IMG/VR virus record: IMGVR_UViG_3300001589_000003
Span: 1 to 64,000 of that record
Length of the DNA stretch: 64,000 bases
Strand: one strand, 5' to 3'
Source of the DNA: a virus
Numbering within the stretch: the first letter of the stretch is position 1; every line of letters begins with the position of its first letter. The notes under the pieces were generated by a model. That model searched no databases. It was given only the letters and a program-made list of their open reading frames with translations, and was not told the origin of the DNA. Position numbers and translations under genes: made by a program. Positions 39,077 to 48,268 of the stretch are shown piece by piece.

Positions 39077-39283
39077 TTAGTATTGTTTTATTTTAATTGT
39101 TGTCCATTTTTTAAATCCTATGAGTACCCAGTCATCTGTTTTCTTGAGTGCTCTGAATGCTTGATCATAAGTAAATTGCCACATCCAATCTATCTTCTCA
39201 AGCTTGAGTATGATGGCTCTCAAAGATTTAGCTTTGTATTTCTTTTTGCCTTCTGGCGTCTCTATTTTTACCCTGTAACTCAT
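39077..39283 (-). CDS. Hypothetical protein
   Basis: ORF track; coupled. Confidence 0.55.
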   Translation of the reverse strand: MSYRVKIETPEGKKKYKAKSLRAIILKLEKIDWMWQFTYDQAFRALKKTDDWVLIGFKKWTTIKIKQY

Positions 39284-40098
39284 GCCTTATAATTAGGTTC
39301 TGTGGCTTTTATAAAATCAATCATATCTACCAATAGGTATATGTCTTCTATTATGTCTTTCTCCTTATCGTTAAACCTCCCGTCATACTTTAGGTTTCTA
39401 TCATACTCTAGTTGTAGGTAACTCTTTGCCTGTCTTTCCTCTTGTGAAAACTGTAAAGTTAAAATATGATCGTGGTACTCCATTTGATGTTCTCTCATGA
39501 ATACCATACCTACTTCTGTCTTGAAGGATTCATAGCTATCATCACCTTGGTATATATCCTCTCTTTCTAGGTCATTTCTAGTAGCGTGATTGAATGAGTC
39601 TATGTGTTCTACTATGTATTGACGTACCCTAGGTATGATCCACTCTCTATCATCATTGGCTGTGGTTATTCTGAGAGGTTCTGGTGTTAATTCTACCATG
39701 GAGTGATTTGGGTACTCTATCTTTATATTCATACCTGGCCTTCTGTAACTTGTGGTTCTACCATGTACATCTGTATTTACATCTTCTATTGGAGGCTTTA
39801 TTCCTCTTCTTCTGGCTACTTCTTCTAATGTAGGAACGTCCATTCCTGCATCTAATAATGCCTCTAATGTTTGTTTTAGCTGCTTATAGGTCATTTCTGA
39901 TCTACCCATATTTCTACCTCTACCATCAAATAGTTCTTTTAATTCTCCTACATTAAACCCTCCTTGGGTTGGTACATTCCTCATGGCCTCTCTCCATTCA
40001 TCCTCAGTAGGTCTGCCATGCATTTTGTTTGCCTTTCGTCCGAATTGCTCCATCCAAGAGGGTCTACCGTATCGGTTCTTATCGAAATTCTTACTCAT
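39280..40098 (-). CDS. Hypothetical protein
   Basis: ORF track. Confidence 0.7.
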   Translation of the reverse strand: MSKNFDKNRYGRPSWMEQFGRKANKMHGRPTEDEWREAMRNVPTQGGFNVGELKELFDGRGRNMGRSEMTYKQLKQTLEALLDAGMDVPTLEEVARRRGIKPPIEDVNTDVHGRTTSYRRPGMNIKIEYPNHSMVELTPEPLRITTANDDREWIIPRVRQYIVEHIDSFNHATRNDLEREDIYQGDDSYESFKTEVGMVFMREHQMEYHDHILTLQFSQEERQAKSYLQLEYDRNLKYDGRFNDKEKDIIEDIYLLVDMIDFIKATEPNYKA

Positions 40099-40102
40099 TG
40101 TG

Positions 40103-40375
40103 TTATTGTTTAGAATACCACCTTTGTTTGGTCATGACTATTATGTTGAGGTCATCTAGTAATACTCCTAGGCCTATCATTGCAGCCTTGTTTTCTTCGT
40201 CCTCCATTTTACTTAAGTTTATATCTTTCTCCTTAAATAATATAGCCCTGTCCAGTGCTTGAATGTATAGTTGTGGTATAGGTATACCTTCTTCTACCAA
40301 AGCCCCTAGTTTAGATTTTATCCGGTTAAGTTCATGTAAGGAGAACCATTCCATTATGTAAGTTACTTGCCTCAT
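40103..40375 (-). CDS. Hypothetical protein
   Basis: ORF track; coupled. Confidence 0.6.
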   Translation of the reverse strand: MRQVTYIMEWFSLHELNRIKSKLGALVEEGIPIPQLYIQALDRAILFKEKDINLSKMEDEENKAAMIGLGVLLDDLNIIVMTKQRWYSKQ

Positions 40376-40563
40376 TAGTTCAGTCTTATTTTGTATTCTT
40401 GTGTTAATTCTCTTTTAAGAGATTCTACATCCTCATTCCAAACCCACTCTATTAGAGTGTCAGGTACTACCATGATCTCCAGTTCTACCCATTTTTCAAT
40501 GGTCTTTTGAGCTGCCTCCAATTGAGGTATATCATATATCGGTTCTGGTAGTAGCTCTCTCAT
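40375..40563 (-). CDS. Hypothetical protein
   Basis: ORF track; coupled. Confidence 0.6.
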   Translation of the reverse strand: MRELLPEPIYDIPQLEAAQKTIEKWVELEIMVVPDTLIEWVWNEDVESLKRELTQEYKIRLN

Positions 40564-40796
40564 GATATCATTACGTAAAGAGGTGAGCTTGCACTTAATG
40601 TAGATTCTATTCCATTGGTGTCCTTTACCAATAGTCCGTTCTCATTAACATCTACCAAATGGTACACGGTATATTCCCAGAATACCTTAGTCTGGTCATT
40701 CTTGTAGAATAGTTTAGTACCCTGTGGTACCTCATTATAATCCCATAAGGATTTGAATTTGTTTTTGGTAAGTTGTGGTTCAAATGATTTTCTCAT
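40560..40796 (-). CDS. Hypothetical protein
   Basis: ORF track; first gene after promoters. Confidence 0.6.
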   Translation of the reverse strand: MRKSFEPQLTKNKFKSLWDYNEVPQGTKLFYKNDQTKVFWEYTVYHLVDVNENGLLVKDTNGIESTLSASSPLYVMIS

Positions 40797-40822
40797 GATT
40801 TTCTTATTTGATTTTCAATAAT

Positions 40823-40887
40823 TAAATATAATCATATTATAACTCCTAAAAAACGGAATTTCCAAAATTATTGGATAGTCAAATATA
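40823..40887 (-). promoter_or_regulatory. Tandem host-type -7 promoter boxes
   Basis: TATATTTA (40823-40830) and TATATTTG (40880-40887) on minus strand. Confidence 0.55.
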
Positions 40888-40989
40888 TAGTATAGAATAG
40901 TCTTTTGATTATCCCAAATATCCCCCACTACTGATTGTATAAGGCATTTTACATTCAATTCAAATACCTTGCACGGAGTACATAACAGA

Positions 40990-41027
40990 AGGAAGCCCCG
41001 AGAACCTATCAACTCGGGGTACTTCCT
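40990..41027 (-). terminator. Terminator
   Basis: AGGAAG-CCCCGAG/CTCGGGG-(TA)CTTCCT. Confidence 0.6.
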
Positions 41028-41048
41028 TACTAGATATACCTAGGAAAA

Positions 41049-41357
41049 TCAAAAACTAGGTATATGATCTGCTGTGTAGACTGTTCCAGCCCAAGTGATA
41101 GCTTCTTCTCTTATCACCCTACCTGCTTTCTTGGTTTCGGCTTTAGCAATCTGCTTAATCAAAGATGCAGTCTTTCTTCTGATACCTGAGCGAAATTTCT
41201 TTCTTGAAGGTATATCAGTTGCATCCGAAGGGTACTGATACATTAGGTCTTTTTGTTCTGTGATGACCTTTGTCACATTTGCCTTGTTCTTGGCATCTTT
41301 CTTTTCCGTCTTATTAGCCTTGCTAATATCAACGTTTTTGTTTTTTGTTGTACTCAT
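41049..41357 (-). CDS. Basic hypothetical protein with YxYP...RKKFR motif
   Basis: Monocistronic unit with own promoter and terminator. Confidence 0.75.
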   Translation of the reverse strand: MSTTKNKNVDISKANKTEKKDAKNKANVTKVITEQKDLMYQYPSDATDIPSRKKFRSGIRRKTASLIKQIAKAETKKAGRVIREEAITWAGTVYTADHIPSF

Positions 41358-41398
41358 GTCTCTTTTTTTTAATAAATGATTAATTATTTTTTGTTATC

Positions 41399-41429
41399 CA
41401 AATATAAAAGAATTATTTGATTATCCAAT
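41399..41429 (-). promoter_or_regulatory. Bacteroidota housekeeping-sigma promoter
   Basis: ATTG-N19-TATATTTG on minus strand. Confidence 0.7.
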
Positions 41430-41440
41430 AACCTTTTTAA

Positions 41441-41470
41441 TTAAAAACCCTGGTGTATTAGGGTTTTTAA
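41441..41470. terminator. Terminator
   Basis: TTAAAAACCCT/AGGGTTTTTAA perfect inverted repeat. Confidence 0.7.
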
Positions 41471-42102
41471 TTCTTGGGTAATTCAGCTTCTTTGATAATT
41501 AGGTAATTTCTAATTTGACTTATTACGTCAATTGTTAAGTGCTTTTCATTAATAATTACTATTGGCTGATTTTTGACAACTCCGAACTTTCTATACTCTA
41601 TTGGCAATATTGCCATTTCATTGTCATCATAGTTACCACGAGAATACTGAATTGCTTCTGCTAGATGCTCTATTCTTATTTTGTCTGAATTTGCAAGTTG
41701 TGCAATTACTGAGGCCGTTTTAATCACTTTGTTCTGTTGACCTAAAGATAGCTCCATTCTATCAATGGCTGTTTTAAATAGTGATTCACAGGATGCTGGC
41801 TTATCATATTCGGTCGGGACCATATTATTTTTTGCCTGTTTTACTCTATGTTTAATATCTTTTAATGTTTCAAAACTTGTTTTATTTGTATAGTCAGGTT
41901 TCCATATTTCAATACTCAAAAACCCATCTTCCGAAAATTTAACCCTAGAAAAGAATTTTTTAATTATGTTAAAGTCTTCTTTTGCTTTGGGGTAATTTAA
42001 GATGTTATATTCTAGTTTTATGGAGAAATCCCCTAAACAAGCTATCTCATAAGCTCTTGAAAGATTAACCCAATGGCCGACATAATTTTTATCTTTACCC
42101 AT
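41467..42102 (-). CDS. Internally deleted ComM/YifB (Mg-chelatase-like) derivative
   Basis: GHWVNLSRAYEIACLG resembles YifB pre-Walker-A segment; C-terminus CESLFKTAIDRMELS...VIAQLANSDKIRIEHLAEAIQY is Mg_chelatase_C-like; no Walker A/B. Confidence 0.7.
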   Translation of the reverse strand: MGKDKNYVGHWVNLSRAYEIACLGDFSIKLEYNILNYPKAKEDFNIIKKFFSRVKFSEDGFLSIEIWKPDYTNKTSFETLKDIKHRVKQAKNNMVPTEYDKPASCESLFKTAIDRMELSLGQQNKVIKTASVIAQLANSDKIRIEHLAEAIQYSRGNYDDNEMAILPIEYRKFGVVKNQPIVIINEKHLTIDVISQIRNYLIIKEAELPKN

Positions 42103-42143
42103 GATTTCTAGTGATTTAATTCTATTAATGATTAAATGATATT

Positions 42144-42151
42144 CAAATATA
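42144..42151 (-). promoter_or_regulatory. Host-type -7 promoter box
   Basis: TATATTTG; AATGATATTCAAATATATAA identical to 50575-50594. Confidence 0.65.
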
Positions 42152-42176
42152 TAAATAATATAACTAGAATATCTAA

Positions 42177-42401
42177 TTAACCCCTAGATAAGATCAATTT
42201 CTTTACAGGAGTGATCTTATAGAAAGTTCCCTTTGGTTTGCTCTTAATTCTGTAGCCTTGTTCAAGGGTATCTTTCTCGAATTTGCATATAGCATAAGGT
42301 AGATTGGTCAATATTGTACCAACATGCCTTGATTTTCCTTTCTCCTTGTTCCAATGCCATTCCTCAAGGTTGTGCATCTTTGGTTTTGATGGTGCTCTCA
42401 T
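42177..42401 (-). CDS. Hypothetical protein
   Basis: ORF track; coupled. Confidence 0.55.
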   Translation of the reverse strand: MRAPSKPKMHNLEEWHWNKEKGKSRHVGTILTNLPYAICKFEKDTLEQGYRIKSKPKGTFYKITPVKKLILSRG

Positions 42402-43150
42402 TAGTTCAACATTTTTTGTCCTCCGTATCCTCGGTCTGCTCCTACCCCTTTGGCTACATTCATATTTCTTCCGGCCTCTACTCCACTCTTATACCCTGCT
42501 TGAGAGTATGGAGTTTTCTGTTTAGCATGTCCAGCATTAGGGTAATTCTCCGACATCCATTTAGATAGCTTACCTCCTTTATCTAAGACTATAGCATCTA
42601 CCTTAATGTTGGTGTGCCTCTCATTCTGTTGCTCTTCTCTGAGCTTCTTCCCTATACCCTCAGCTGCTCCCCTAAGCCATGATCTTATGTAGGTATTTCT
42701 CTTATCTCCTCCATCATAGCTCTTGAATGAATCTCTAGCTAATATTCTTAGTCTAGGTACTAACTGGTGAACCATATAGTGAGTGAACTCTCTATGCATT
42801 GGTTGTCCGATCAAATGAACCTTTAAACCTGATATAGACCCATCTGTTAGTATAGTGCAGAAATTAGGTCCAGCACATGCATTATATAGATATACTACCC
42901 ATGAAGATTCGTGTCTATTGGTAAGTTCTGAGCAATCTACATTTTCTTCATTAATGTTTTCGGTAGCGTTATCGCTCATGTCTATCTCTGACATCTCCAA
43001 CTCATACTGTATTAGCATTTGTTGTATCTTAGATGCAAAGGCTTCAGCCTCTTGAAGGTTCCCCAGTTGCCTAGCTGACTCCTCCTTTTTCATCATCTTT
43101 CTAAGCTTGATCTTTATCTTGCCAAGCTGATCATTTTGTGTCTCATTCAT
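42401..43150 (-). CDS. DUF2786-family protein
   Basis: KIKIKLRKMM...QEAEAFASKIQQMLIQYEL; SWLRGAAEGIGKKL; AGYKSGVEAGRNM. Confidence 0.8.
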   Translation of the reverse strand: MNETQNDQLGKIKIKLRKMMKKEESARQLGNLQEAEAFASKIQQMLIQYELEMSEIDMSDNATENINEENVDCSELTNRHESSWVVYLYNACAGPNFCTILTDGSISGLKVHLIGQPMHREFTHYMVHQLVPRLRILARDSFKSYDGGDKRNTYIRSWLRGAAEGIGKKLREEQQNERHTNIKVDAIVLDKGGKLSKWMSENYPNAGHAKQKTPYSQAGYKSGVEAGRNMNVAKGVGADRGYGGQKMLN

Positions 43151-43662
43151 AGGTCTAATAGTTGATTACATAAATCTAGTTGTTCATTTACTTTGGCCAT
43201 TACCTCCATATCATCTGGGCACCTGAACCAATCCTCTTCTTCATTAAAGTCTATCTCACCCTTGGTTTTTAATAGCATTATGTGATGGTAGAAGCTGGGT
43301 TCATGATCTTTTAGAAAGGGTACAAATGCTTTGGCTAAGTAGGGGTTTATTTTATCTTTTAAGCTAAGCATTAAATCCCTTAGTGAATTAAAGTTAGTGG
43401 CATCCTTCATTATTTCAAGCATATGATCCTTCGGCATTATACTCATTAGGTACTCATTGAAAGCATCTCTAAATTTTGGGCCATTATCCTCCGTGTAGTC
43501 TGTTATTATATGCATTACATTTTCTGACCACTTATGGTCATGCATCTGGCATTGGTATGCCTTTAGAATACTAAACTCATCGCATACATCTCTCCACTTA
43601 GGGTGTTCTTCATTTTTGTCCAGCCAGAATACTAGCTCCTCCACTGTTTTGAATGGTTCCAT
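43147..43662 (-). CDS. Hypothetical protein
   Basis: ORF track. Confidence 0.65.
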   Translation of the reverse strand: MEPFKTVEELVFWLDKNEEHPKWRDVCDEFSILKAYQCQMHDHKWSENVMHIITDYTEDNGPKFRDAFNEYLMSIMPKDHMLEIMKDATNFNSLRDLMLSLKDKINPYLAKAFVPFLKDHEPSFYHHIMLLKTKGEIDFNEEEDWFRCPDDMEVMAKVNEQLDLCNQLLDL

Positions 43663-43666
43663 GATT

Positions 43667-43945
43667 TTAGGGTTTATGTTTTAGTTTGATTTCCTTTTTC
43701 ATCTTATTATGTACCTTTAGTATAGCATCTTGTAGTTTCCTCTTTTTAGTTACCCTCATATATACACCCTTGGAATCTGTCCTAAAGGCAATGTATTTTC
43801 TTTTTCTATTTATACCTATACAGTTGTGAATTTTATTATTGTCCTTGTCTCTGTAGTCCAGTGCATAAACTATTACGCAACCTCCTACTTCGTCTCCAAC
43901 ATTTGCAAAGCTCCTAGGCCTTTGTGCCTTTCTTTCCTTTGGCAT
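43667..43945 (-). CDS. Hypothetical protein
   Basis: ORF track. Confidence 0.55.
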   Translation of the reverse strand: MPKERKAQRPRSFANVGDEVGGCVIVYALDYRDKDNNKIHNCIGINRKRKYIAFRTDSKGVYMRVTKKRKLQDAILKVHNKMKKEIKLKHKP

Positions 43946-44102
43946 AATCTTTGTATTGTCTCTTTAAACCACTTGTCCAGTCGTCCATCATCCTAGTAAA
44001 TGCATTAGGTGAGAACAGAAATACTAATGACATGAACATCATTATTAATAATACCCCCATAAATAAGAAGGGTCTACCTAGTACTCTTTTTATCTTTTTC
44101 AT
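43914..44102 (-). CDS. Small membrane protein
   Basis: One TM helix. Confidence 0.55.
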   Translation of the reverse strand: MKKIKRVLGRPFLFMGVLLIMMFMSLVFLFSPNAFTRMMDDWTSGLKRQYKDYAKGKKGTKA

Positions 44103-44446
44103 CTTGTTGGTGTTAATATTGCATTGTTATTTCTTATCCTAACAACATACCTCTGAGTACCTATGATTATATTGTCAGGGTGATACATTGTACCTTGACT
44201 TTGTATGAATAGGTCAGGGTATGAAGTTAATGGACCTAAATCTATATCACCTCTATATGGCATCTCATCCTTGTAAAGGTACTTCCAGGTTTTCCAATCA
44301 AACCTTATCACCTTTCTATTTGGGTCTGAGTCATATGATAGTACAGCCTCTGATTCAGGTATAGCTGGTTCTGGTTCTTCTGTAGCTTTATAGTAAACCC
44401 ATAACATTCCATAAAGCAATATAATAATTAGGCCAAAATATCTCAT
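44099..44446 (-). CDS. Membrane-anchored hypothetical protein
   Basis: N-terminal TM helix. Confidence 0.6.
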   Translation of the reverse strand: MRYFGLIIILLYGMLWVYYKATEEPEPAIPESEAVLSYDSDPNRKVIRFDWKTWKYLYKDEMPYRGDIDLGPLTSYPDLFIQSQGTMYHPDNIIIGTQRYVVRIRNNNAILTPTR

Positions 44447-44628
44447 ATTCCGTGGTAATAGTCTTTAAACTTAACTTTGTTTCCTACTACCCAGCTGATT
44501 ATCAATGCTCTACATTGTACATCAGTTATACCTGCATGTTCAGCAATTGCAGCTGAACTGTCACCTTGATGAGATTGGATGTAATCCCAGAGCTCATTTG
44601 ATGATAATTTTTTATTTAGATTTTCCAT
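44443..44628 (-). CDS. Small HTH-like protein
   Basis: SSAAIAEHAGITDVQCRALI; start probably 44628 (downstream of promoter). Confidence 0.5.
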   Translation of the reverse strand: MENLNKKLSSNELWDYIQSHQGDSSAAIAEHAGITDVQCRALIISWVVGNKVKFKDYYHGI

Positions 44629-44631
44629 ATT

Positions 44632-44662
44632 CAAATATATATAATCTTTAACTCTTTTCAAA
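44632..44662 (-). promoter_or_regulatory. Consensus Bacteroidota promoter
   Basis: TTTG (44659-44662)-N19-TATATTTG (44632-44639). Confidence 0.8.
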
Positions 44663-44663
44663 C

Positions 44664-44695
44664 AAAAAAATAGAGGAGCTATCTCAAGCTCCTCT
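44664..44695 (-). terminator. Terminator
   Basis: AGAGGAGCT/AGCTCCTCT with T7 tail on minus. Confidence 0.8.
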
Positions 44696-44776
44696 TAGTT
44701 TGCAGTTGGTGATCTTTAGTCTTTTAAGTCCGAAATCAAAAGAATACCCTCAATTGCATTCAGATGCCTCGTTTGG

Positions 44777-44956
44777 CTATCTGATCTCATCCATTACGTC
44801 AACTCTTAATTCTTGACATAAGGCTTTGATTTCTTGGCAAGCTTTTCTAGCTCTTTTACCTGCTGCTTTGTTCTGGTTGTCTTCAACCTTAGCAACATCC
44901 TCTTTCATACCTTTAACCAACTCTTTGATCTCTTGGTGGGTGTCTTTTAAACTCAT
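44777..44956 (-). CDS. Histone H1-like (Hc1-family) nucleoid protein, 59 aa (unlisted)
   Basis: Manual translation MSLKDTHQEIKELVKGMKEDVAKVEDNQNKAAGKRARKACQEIKALCQELRVDVMDEIR; NKAAGxRARK signature. Confidence 0.8.
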   Translation of the reverse strand: MSLKDTHQEIKELVKGMKEDVAKVEDNQNKAAGKRARKACQEIKALCQELRVDVMDEIR

Positions 44957-45023
44957 AATTTATAATGTTTTAGTTTTAAAAAATATAATCTTAAATAGTA
45001 TAATCAATCATCTGGTAGTGATA

Positions 45024-45260
45024 CTAGTATAACTTCTCACACTCTACCAAATCATTGTTCTTTATGTGGGCATTCAAGTGTTTACCCACAGATTCCGATT
45101 GCATCAACCCTATATGCCCCGTTGGGGTTATTGGGCAGTAACTGTATATGTCGGATGAATGAAACTCTACCACTAGTGTGTGACTCTCTTTATCATACCC
45201 CACTGATTTAACATTGGAAGATTTAACTTCTGTTCTTGGTACCTCTAATAGTTTGCTCAT
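45024..45260 (-). CDS. KTSC-domain protein
   Basis: VKSSNVKSVGYD...LVVEFHS...SVGKHLNAHIK. Confidence 0.9.
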   Translation of the reverse strand: MSKLLEVPRTEVKSSNVKSVGYDKESHTLVVEFHSSDIYSYCPITPTGHIGLMQSESVGKHLNAHIKNNDLVECEKLY

Positions 45261-45266
45261 GATTTT

Positions 45267-45644
45267 CTAATTTAGATATTGGTTAAGTTCTTCATGTAAA
45301 TTTAATAACCTATGAATCGGTCTAAATTTCTCTAGGTCTCCTCCATCAAAATCCTGTATCAGAGAGTGTCTAACCATCGCCATATTTATGCTATCCAATA
45401 TATTAGGAAAGTCTTCGGGTTTGTCTTCCACCCTCTCCCACATGCTTATAAATTTGGTAACAGTTTCTAATATCTCTATCGAACTACAGTCATAGCCTTC
45501 CTCATTAAACTCCCTCCTCCAGTCCTGTATCACCTTGTTTTTGGATAATCTCAGTAAGGATTTTTGTTGTTCTTTGGCTATGGTTCTTATGACTGCCCTC
45601 TGTTGAGAGGAGAGCTTTATTTTTTTTATCTTCTTTAAGTTCAT
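45267..45644 (-). CDS. Hypothetical protein
   Basis: ORF track. Confidence 0.65.
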   Translation of the reverse strand: MNLKKIKKIKLSSQQRAVIRTIAKEQQKSLLRLSKNKVIQDWRREFNEEGYDCSSIEILETVTKFISMWERVEDKPEDFPNILDSINMAMVRHSLIQDFDGGDLEKFRPIHRLLNLHEELNQYLN

Positions 45645-45669
45645 ATATCTTTATCCTTTTAGATTTTAT

Positions 45670-45701
45670 CAAATATAATCAATTGATAACTAGAAATCAA
45701 C
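45670..45701 (-). promoter_or_regulatory. Host-type promoter
   Basis: TTG-N20-TATATTTG on minus strand. Confidence 0.65.
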
Positions 45702-46248
45702 TTAAATGTAACTCTTCTTTATCAAGATTCCCAATGTGTGGTTTCATCATAAAGTAGTAGTTAAGTTCGGCATTGGTTTGAAGTAAACCTTTCTTCCACC
45801 TACCATGGTACTTCCTCCAATCTGTGCGATCCTGTATTGTCATGATCTCTGGAAAAGTAAGAGGTACTTTCTTCTTTCTATGGTTCTGAGTATCATTAAC
45901 TAACCATGGCATTTTTATTACCGAGTGAAATTTACCCTCTAGGTAGATTATTATAAATGGGGCTCTACGATCAAAAAACCTTATCCCTATGAGGATATCA
46001 GTGTTATATTTGTCCTTCGTAGGGTCATTGTCTATGTGATCTAGTCTCACTAACCATTGACTCTTATGATGATGTCTCTTTTTCCATACTACATCCTTAT
46101 TTTTCAAGTCTACAAAACCAGAGGATACAAACCTATACTGTAGTGTATAGAACATCTTTATTACCTTCTCCATGTCAGGCTTTTTAATGATCTCCTTTCT
46201 AAGTAGCTCAAATATCTCTGGTATAGTTCTTTTATCTTTCTTTTCCAT
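45697..46248 (-). CDS. Hypothetical protein
   Basis: ORF track. Confidence 0.65.
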   Translation of the reverse strand: MEKKDKRTIPEIFELLRKEIIKKPDMEKVIKMFYTLQYRFVSSGFVDLKNKDVVWKKRHHHKSQWLVRLDHIDNDPTKDKYNTDILIGIRFFDRRAPFIIIYLEGKFHSVIKMPWLVNDTQNHRKKKVPLTFPEIMTIQDRTDWRKYHGRWKKGLLQTNAELNYYFMMKPHIGNLDKEELHLS

Positions 46249-46267
46249 GTTCTTTGGGTTAAAACAA

Positions 46268-46302
46268 AAAAGAGCTCAAATCTAGTTAGACCGAGCTCTT
46301 TT
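46268..46302. terminator. Terminator
   Basis: AAAAGAGCTC/GAGCTCTTTT. Confidence 0.75.
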
Positions 46303-46343
46303 CAAAGTACTTAAATTCAGATACCTACAACCTCGGGGTCCCC

Positions 46344-46907
46344 TTAATCGTCTGTGTCCTTTTTCTTCTTTTTCTTTTTGTCCTTCTTGTCCTTTTTTGG
46401 CTTCTCATCTTTAGTCTCAGCTTTATCCGCCTTGTCTTTCTTACCTTCTTTTTTCTTAGCAGGCTTTTTCTCAGCTGCCTTTTTCTCCTTGGCTTCTTTA
46501 TCAGCTGCATCATATTTTGCAGGATCAACCAAATAATCTTCAAGGCTTACCTTGGCTCTCTTTGCAGCAGCTCTACAGTTTGCTCTGAATTTCTTACGTT
46601 GTTCTGCATCAAACCCATCTGGGTAAGCATACTTAGTAACTCTCTCCCCTTTTTCAGGTTTGTTAGCTTTCATGAAATCCATCAACTCCTTTTTAGTTGC
46701 CTCCAAGGCATCAATTGAAGTAGTCTGATCTTTGTAAGCCTTGGCAATCTTCTTGTCCTTGTGCTTAGAATGATCCTCAGTTTTCTTGAGCTTGTTATCT
46801 TTCAATAGAGCTCTTCTTTCATTCAAAACTGTTTTCAAGTCAGTCTTGACTGTTACCAATTGTTCCTTTGCTGAATCATAAGTCAGCTCTTGTTTCTTTT
46901 TCGCCAT
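46344..46907 (-). CDS. Lys-rich protein with YxYP...RKKFR motif
   Basis: TKYAYPDGFDAEQRKKFRANCR; KD-rich tail. Confidence 0.8.
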   Translation of the reverse strand: MAKKKQELTYDSAKEQLVTVKTDLKTVLNERRALLKDNKLKKTEDHSKHKDKKIAKAYKDQTTSIDALEATKKELMDFMKANKPEKGERVTKYAYPDGFDAEQRKKFRANCRAAAKRAKVSLEDYLVDPAKYDAADKEAKEKKAAEKKPAKKKEGKKDKADKAETKDEKPKKDKKDKKKKKKKDTDD

Positions 46908-46924
46908 TGTTTTAAAAGTTTTAG

Positions 46925-47326
46925 TTATAACTGTTTTTCATTAGAAATTCCGGCTAGAATCTCTTTGAATTCTAAAGAGTCAAATATAATTGAATCTTTT
47001 CTATTTTCCATACAAAAATCAAAATAAACTTTAGAGTCTTCTATGTTGGTATTGATCAATAGTAGTTCTTTTTTTACTCTGTATTTTAAACCCTGTTTCT
47101 GACTAGTCCACTCCAGCCAGGTTATTATTATCAAGCTACCTTCACCATGGTTCTTTATCCTATCTCTTAGGTAATCTACCTTTCTTTGTAATTGAGATAC
47201 TCTAGTTTTCCTTTTTATCTTCTCTGCCCTAGTATTATAAATCTCCTTATTGGCTATTTCTCCACATAGTAGGTCATTGGTTTCTTTCCACCTTATGATT
47301 AGTTGTTTGAGAGTTTCTCTTTCCAT
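46925..47326 (-). CDS. Hypothetical protein
   Basis: ORF track. Confidence 0.6.
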   Translation of the reverse strand: MERETLKQLIIRWKETNDLLCGEIANKEIYNTRAEKIKRKTRVSQLQRKVDYLRDRIKNHGEGSLIIITWLEWTSQKQGLKYRVKKELLLINTNIEDSKVYFDFCMENRKDSIIFDSLEFKEILAGISNEKQL

Positions 47327-47955
47327 GCCTTACTGTATTTTTGTACTAGGTAATTAGTTAATTTCTCCTGTTTTGCTACTGATCTGGTATATGCCTCATT
47401 CTCATCGTTTTTTAATGAATCTAGTAGATGATTTAGAGTTTCCATTATAGAATCTAGTAGAGTGTCTCTAAACTCACTAGAAACTTCCCTAGCATCCTTA
47501 TGGCTGATTTTTATATTGATTCTCTTAAGTGATCTTCTACTTTTACGGTTTTTGTTACTAACCTTCCATCTTTTTACCTCGGTTAGTAATAGTACTGCAG
47601 TGTATAGGTAATCTATATATTTATTAGCAATAAGTACATCCTCATCATGGCCTATTATTGAGTAGGTTGAACATACTGTATCATCTAGTATAGCTGAGGT
47701 CTTAATTATTTTAACATCTAGGTATAGTTGTAGAATGGAGGACAGTGGGTCCAACCATTGTGGTATGTTACCACATACTTGGAGTAGATTTACATTAACC
47801 TTTACTGGGTTGAATTCTTTTCGATGGGTTTCCTTGATAGCTACTATGTACCTATGAGCATCAGTTAGTTTCTCGGGTATCTTGAGTCTGTAGGATAGTT
47901 TGGGGCTACTTACAGTTCTAAGAGTGGTCTTGATTTTTCCAGTTAGGTGACTCAT
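47299..47955 (-). CDS. Hypothetical protein
   Basis: ORF track. Confidence 0.65.
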   Translation of the reverse strand: MSHLTGKIKTTLRTVSSPKLSYRLKIPEKLTDAHRYIVAIKETHRKEFNPVKVNVNLLQVCGNIPQWLDPLSSILQLYLDVKIIKTSAILDDTVCSTYSIIGHDEDVLIANKYIDYLYTAVLLLTEVKRWKVSNKNRKSRRSLKRINIKISHKDAREVSSEFRDTLLDSIMETLNHLLDSLKNDENEAYTRSVAKQEKLTNYLVQKYSKAWKEKLSNN

Positions 47956-48268
47956 TTTGGTTTGGTAAGATTATACTAGATTTTGTTTTAGTTGGTTCAG
48001 GGTCTAGCTCCTGTAGTATCTGTTTTAGCTCCTCCTTGAAAGCTTTAGCATCTTGTTTTATCAATTGGTGCATCTCATCATTAAGCTCCCCGAACTTAAA
48101 TACACTAGCATCCATTGCCATCTCACCGGCAGTCATCATTATCCAAAGAGAATTAGCCATACCAAATGTTATTGGTAAGTCTACCGCTTCTTCTTCGAGC
48201 TCTCTTGTTGATCTTTTGTGAATCTGTCTATCATTGACTTCACTGGGGCTCTGTCTTTTTCCATCCAT
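47918..48268 (-). CDS. Hypothetical protein
   Basis: ORF track. Confidence 0.55.
   Translation of the reverse strand: MDGKRQSPSEVNDRQIHKRSTRELEEEAVDLPITFGMANSLWIMMTAGEMAMDASVFKFGELNDEMHQLIKQDAKAFKEELKQILQELDPEPTKTKSSIILPNQNESPNWKNQDHS

Noticed and set aside
40815-41012. 65-aa minus ORF
   Set aside because: Spans a terminator and two promoter boxes; likely non-coding
46325-46543. Alternative-frame Arg/Lys-rich ORF
   Set aside because: Frame shadow of the A-rich tail of 46344..46907
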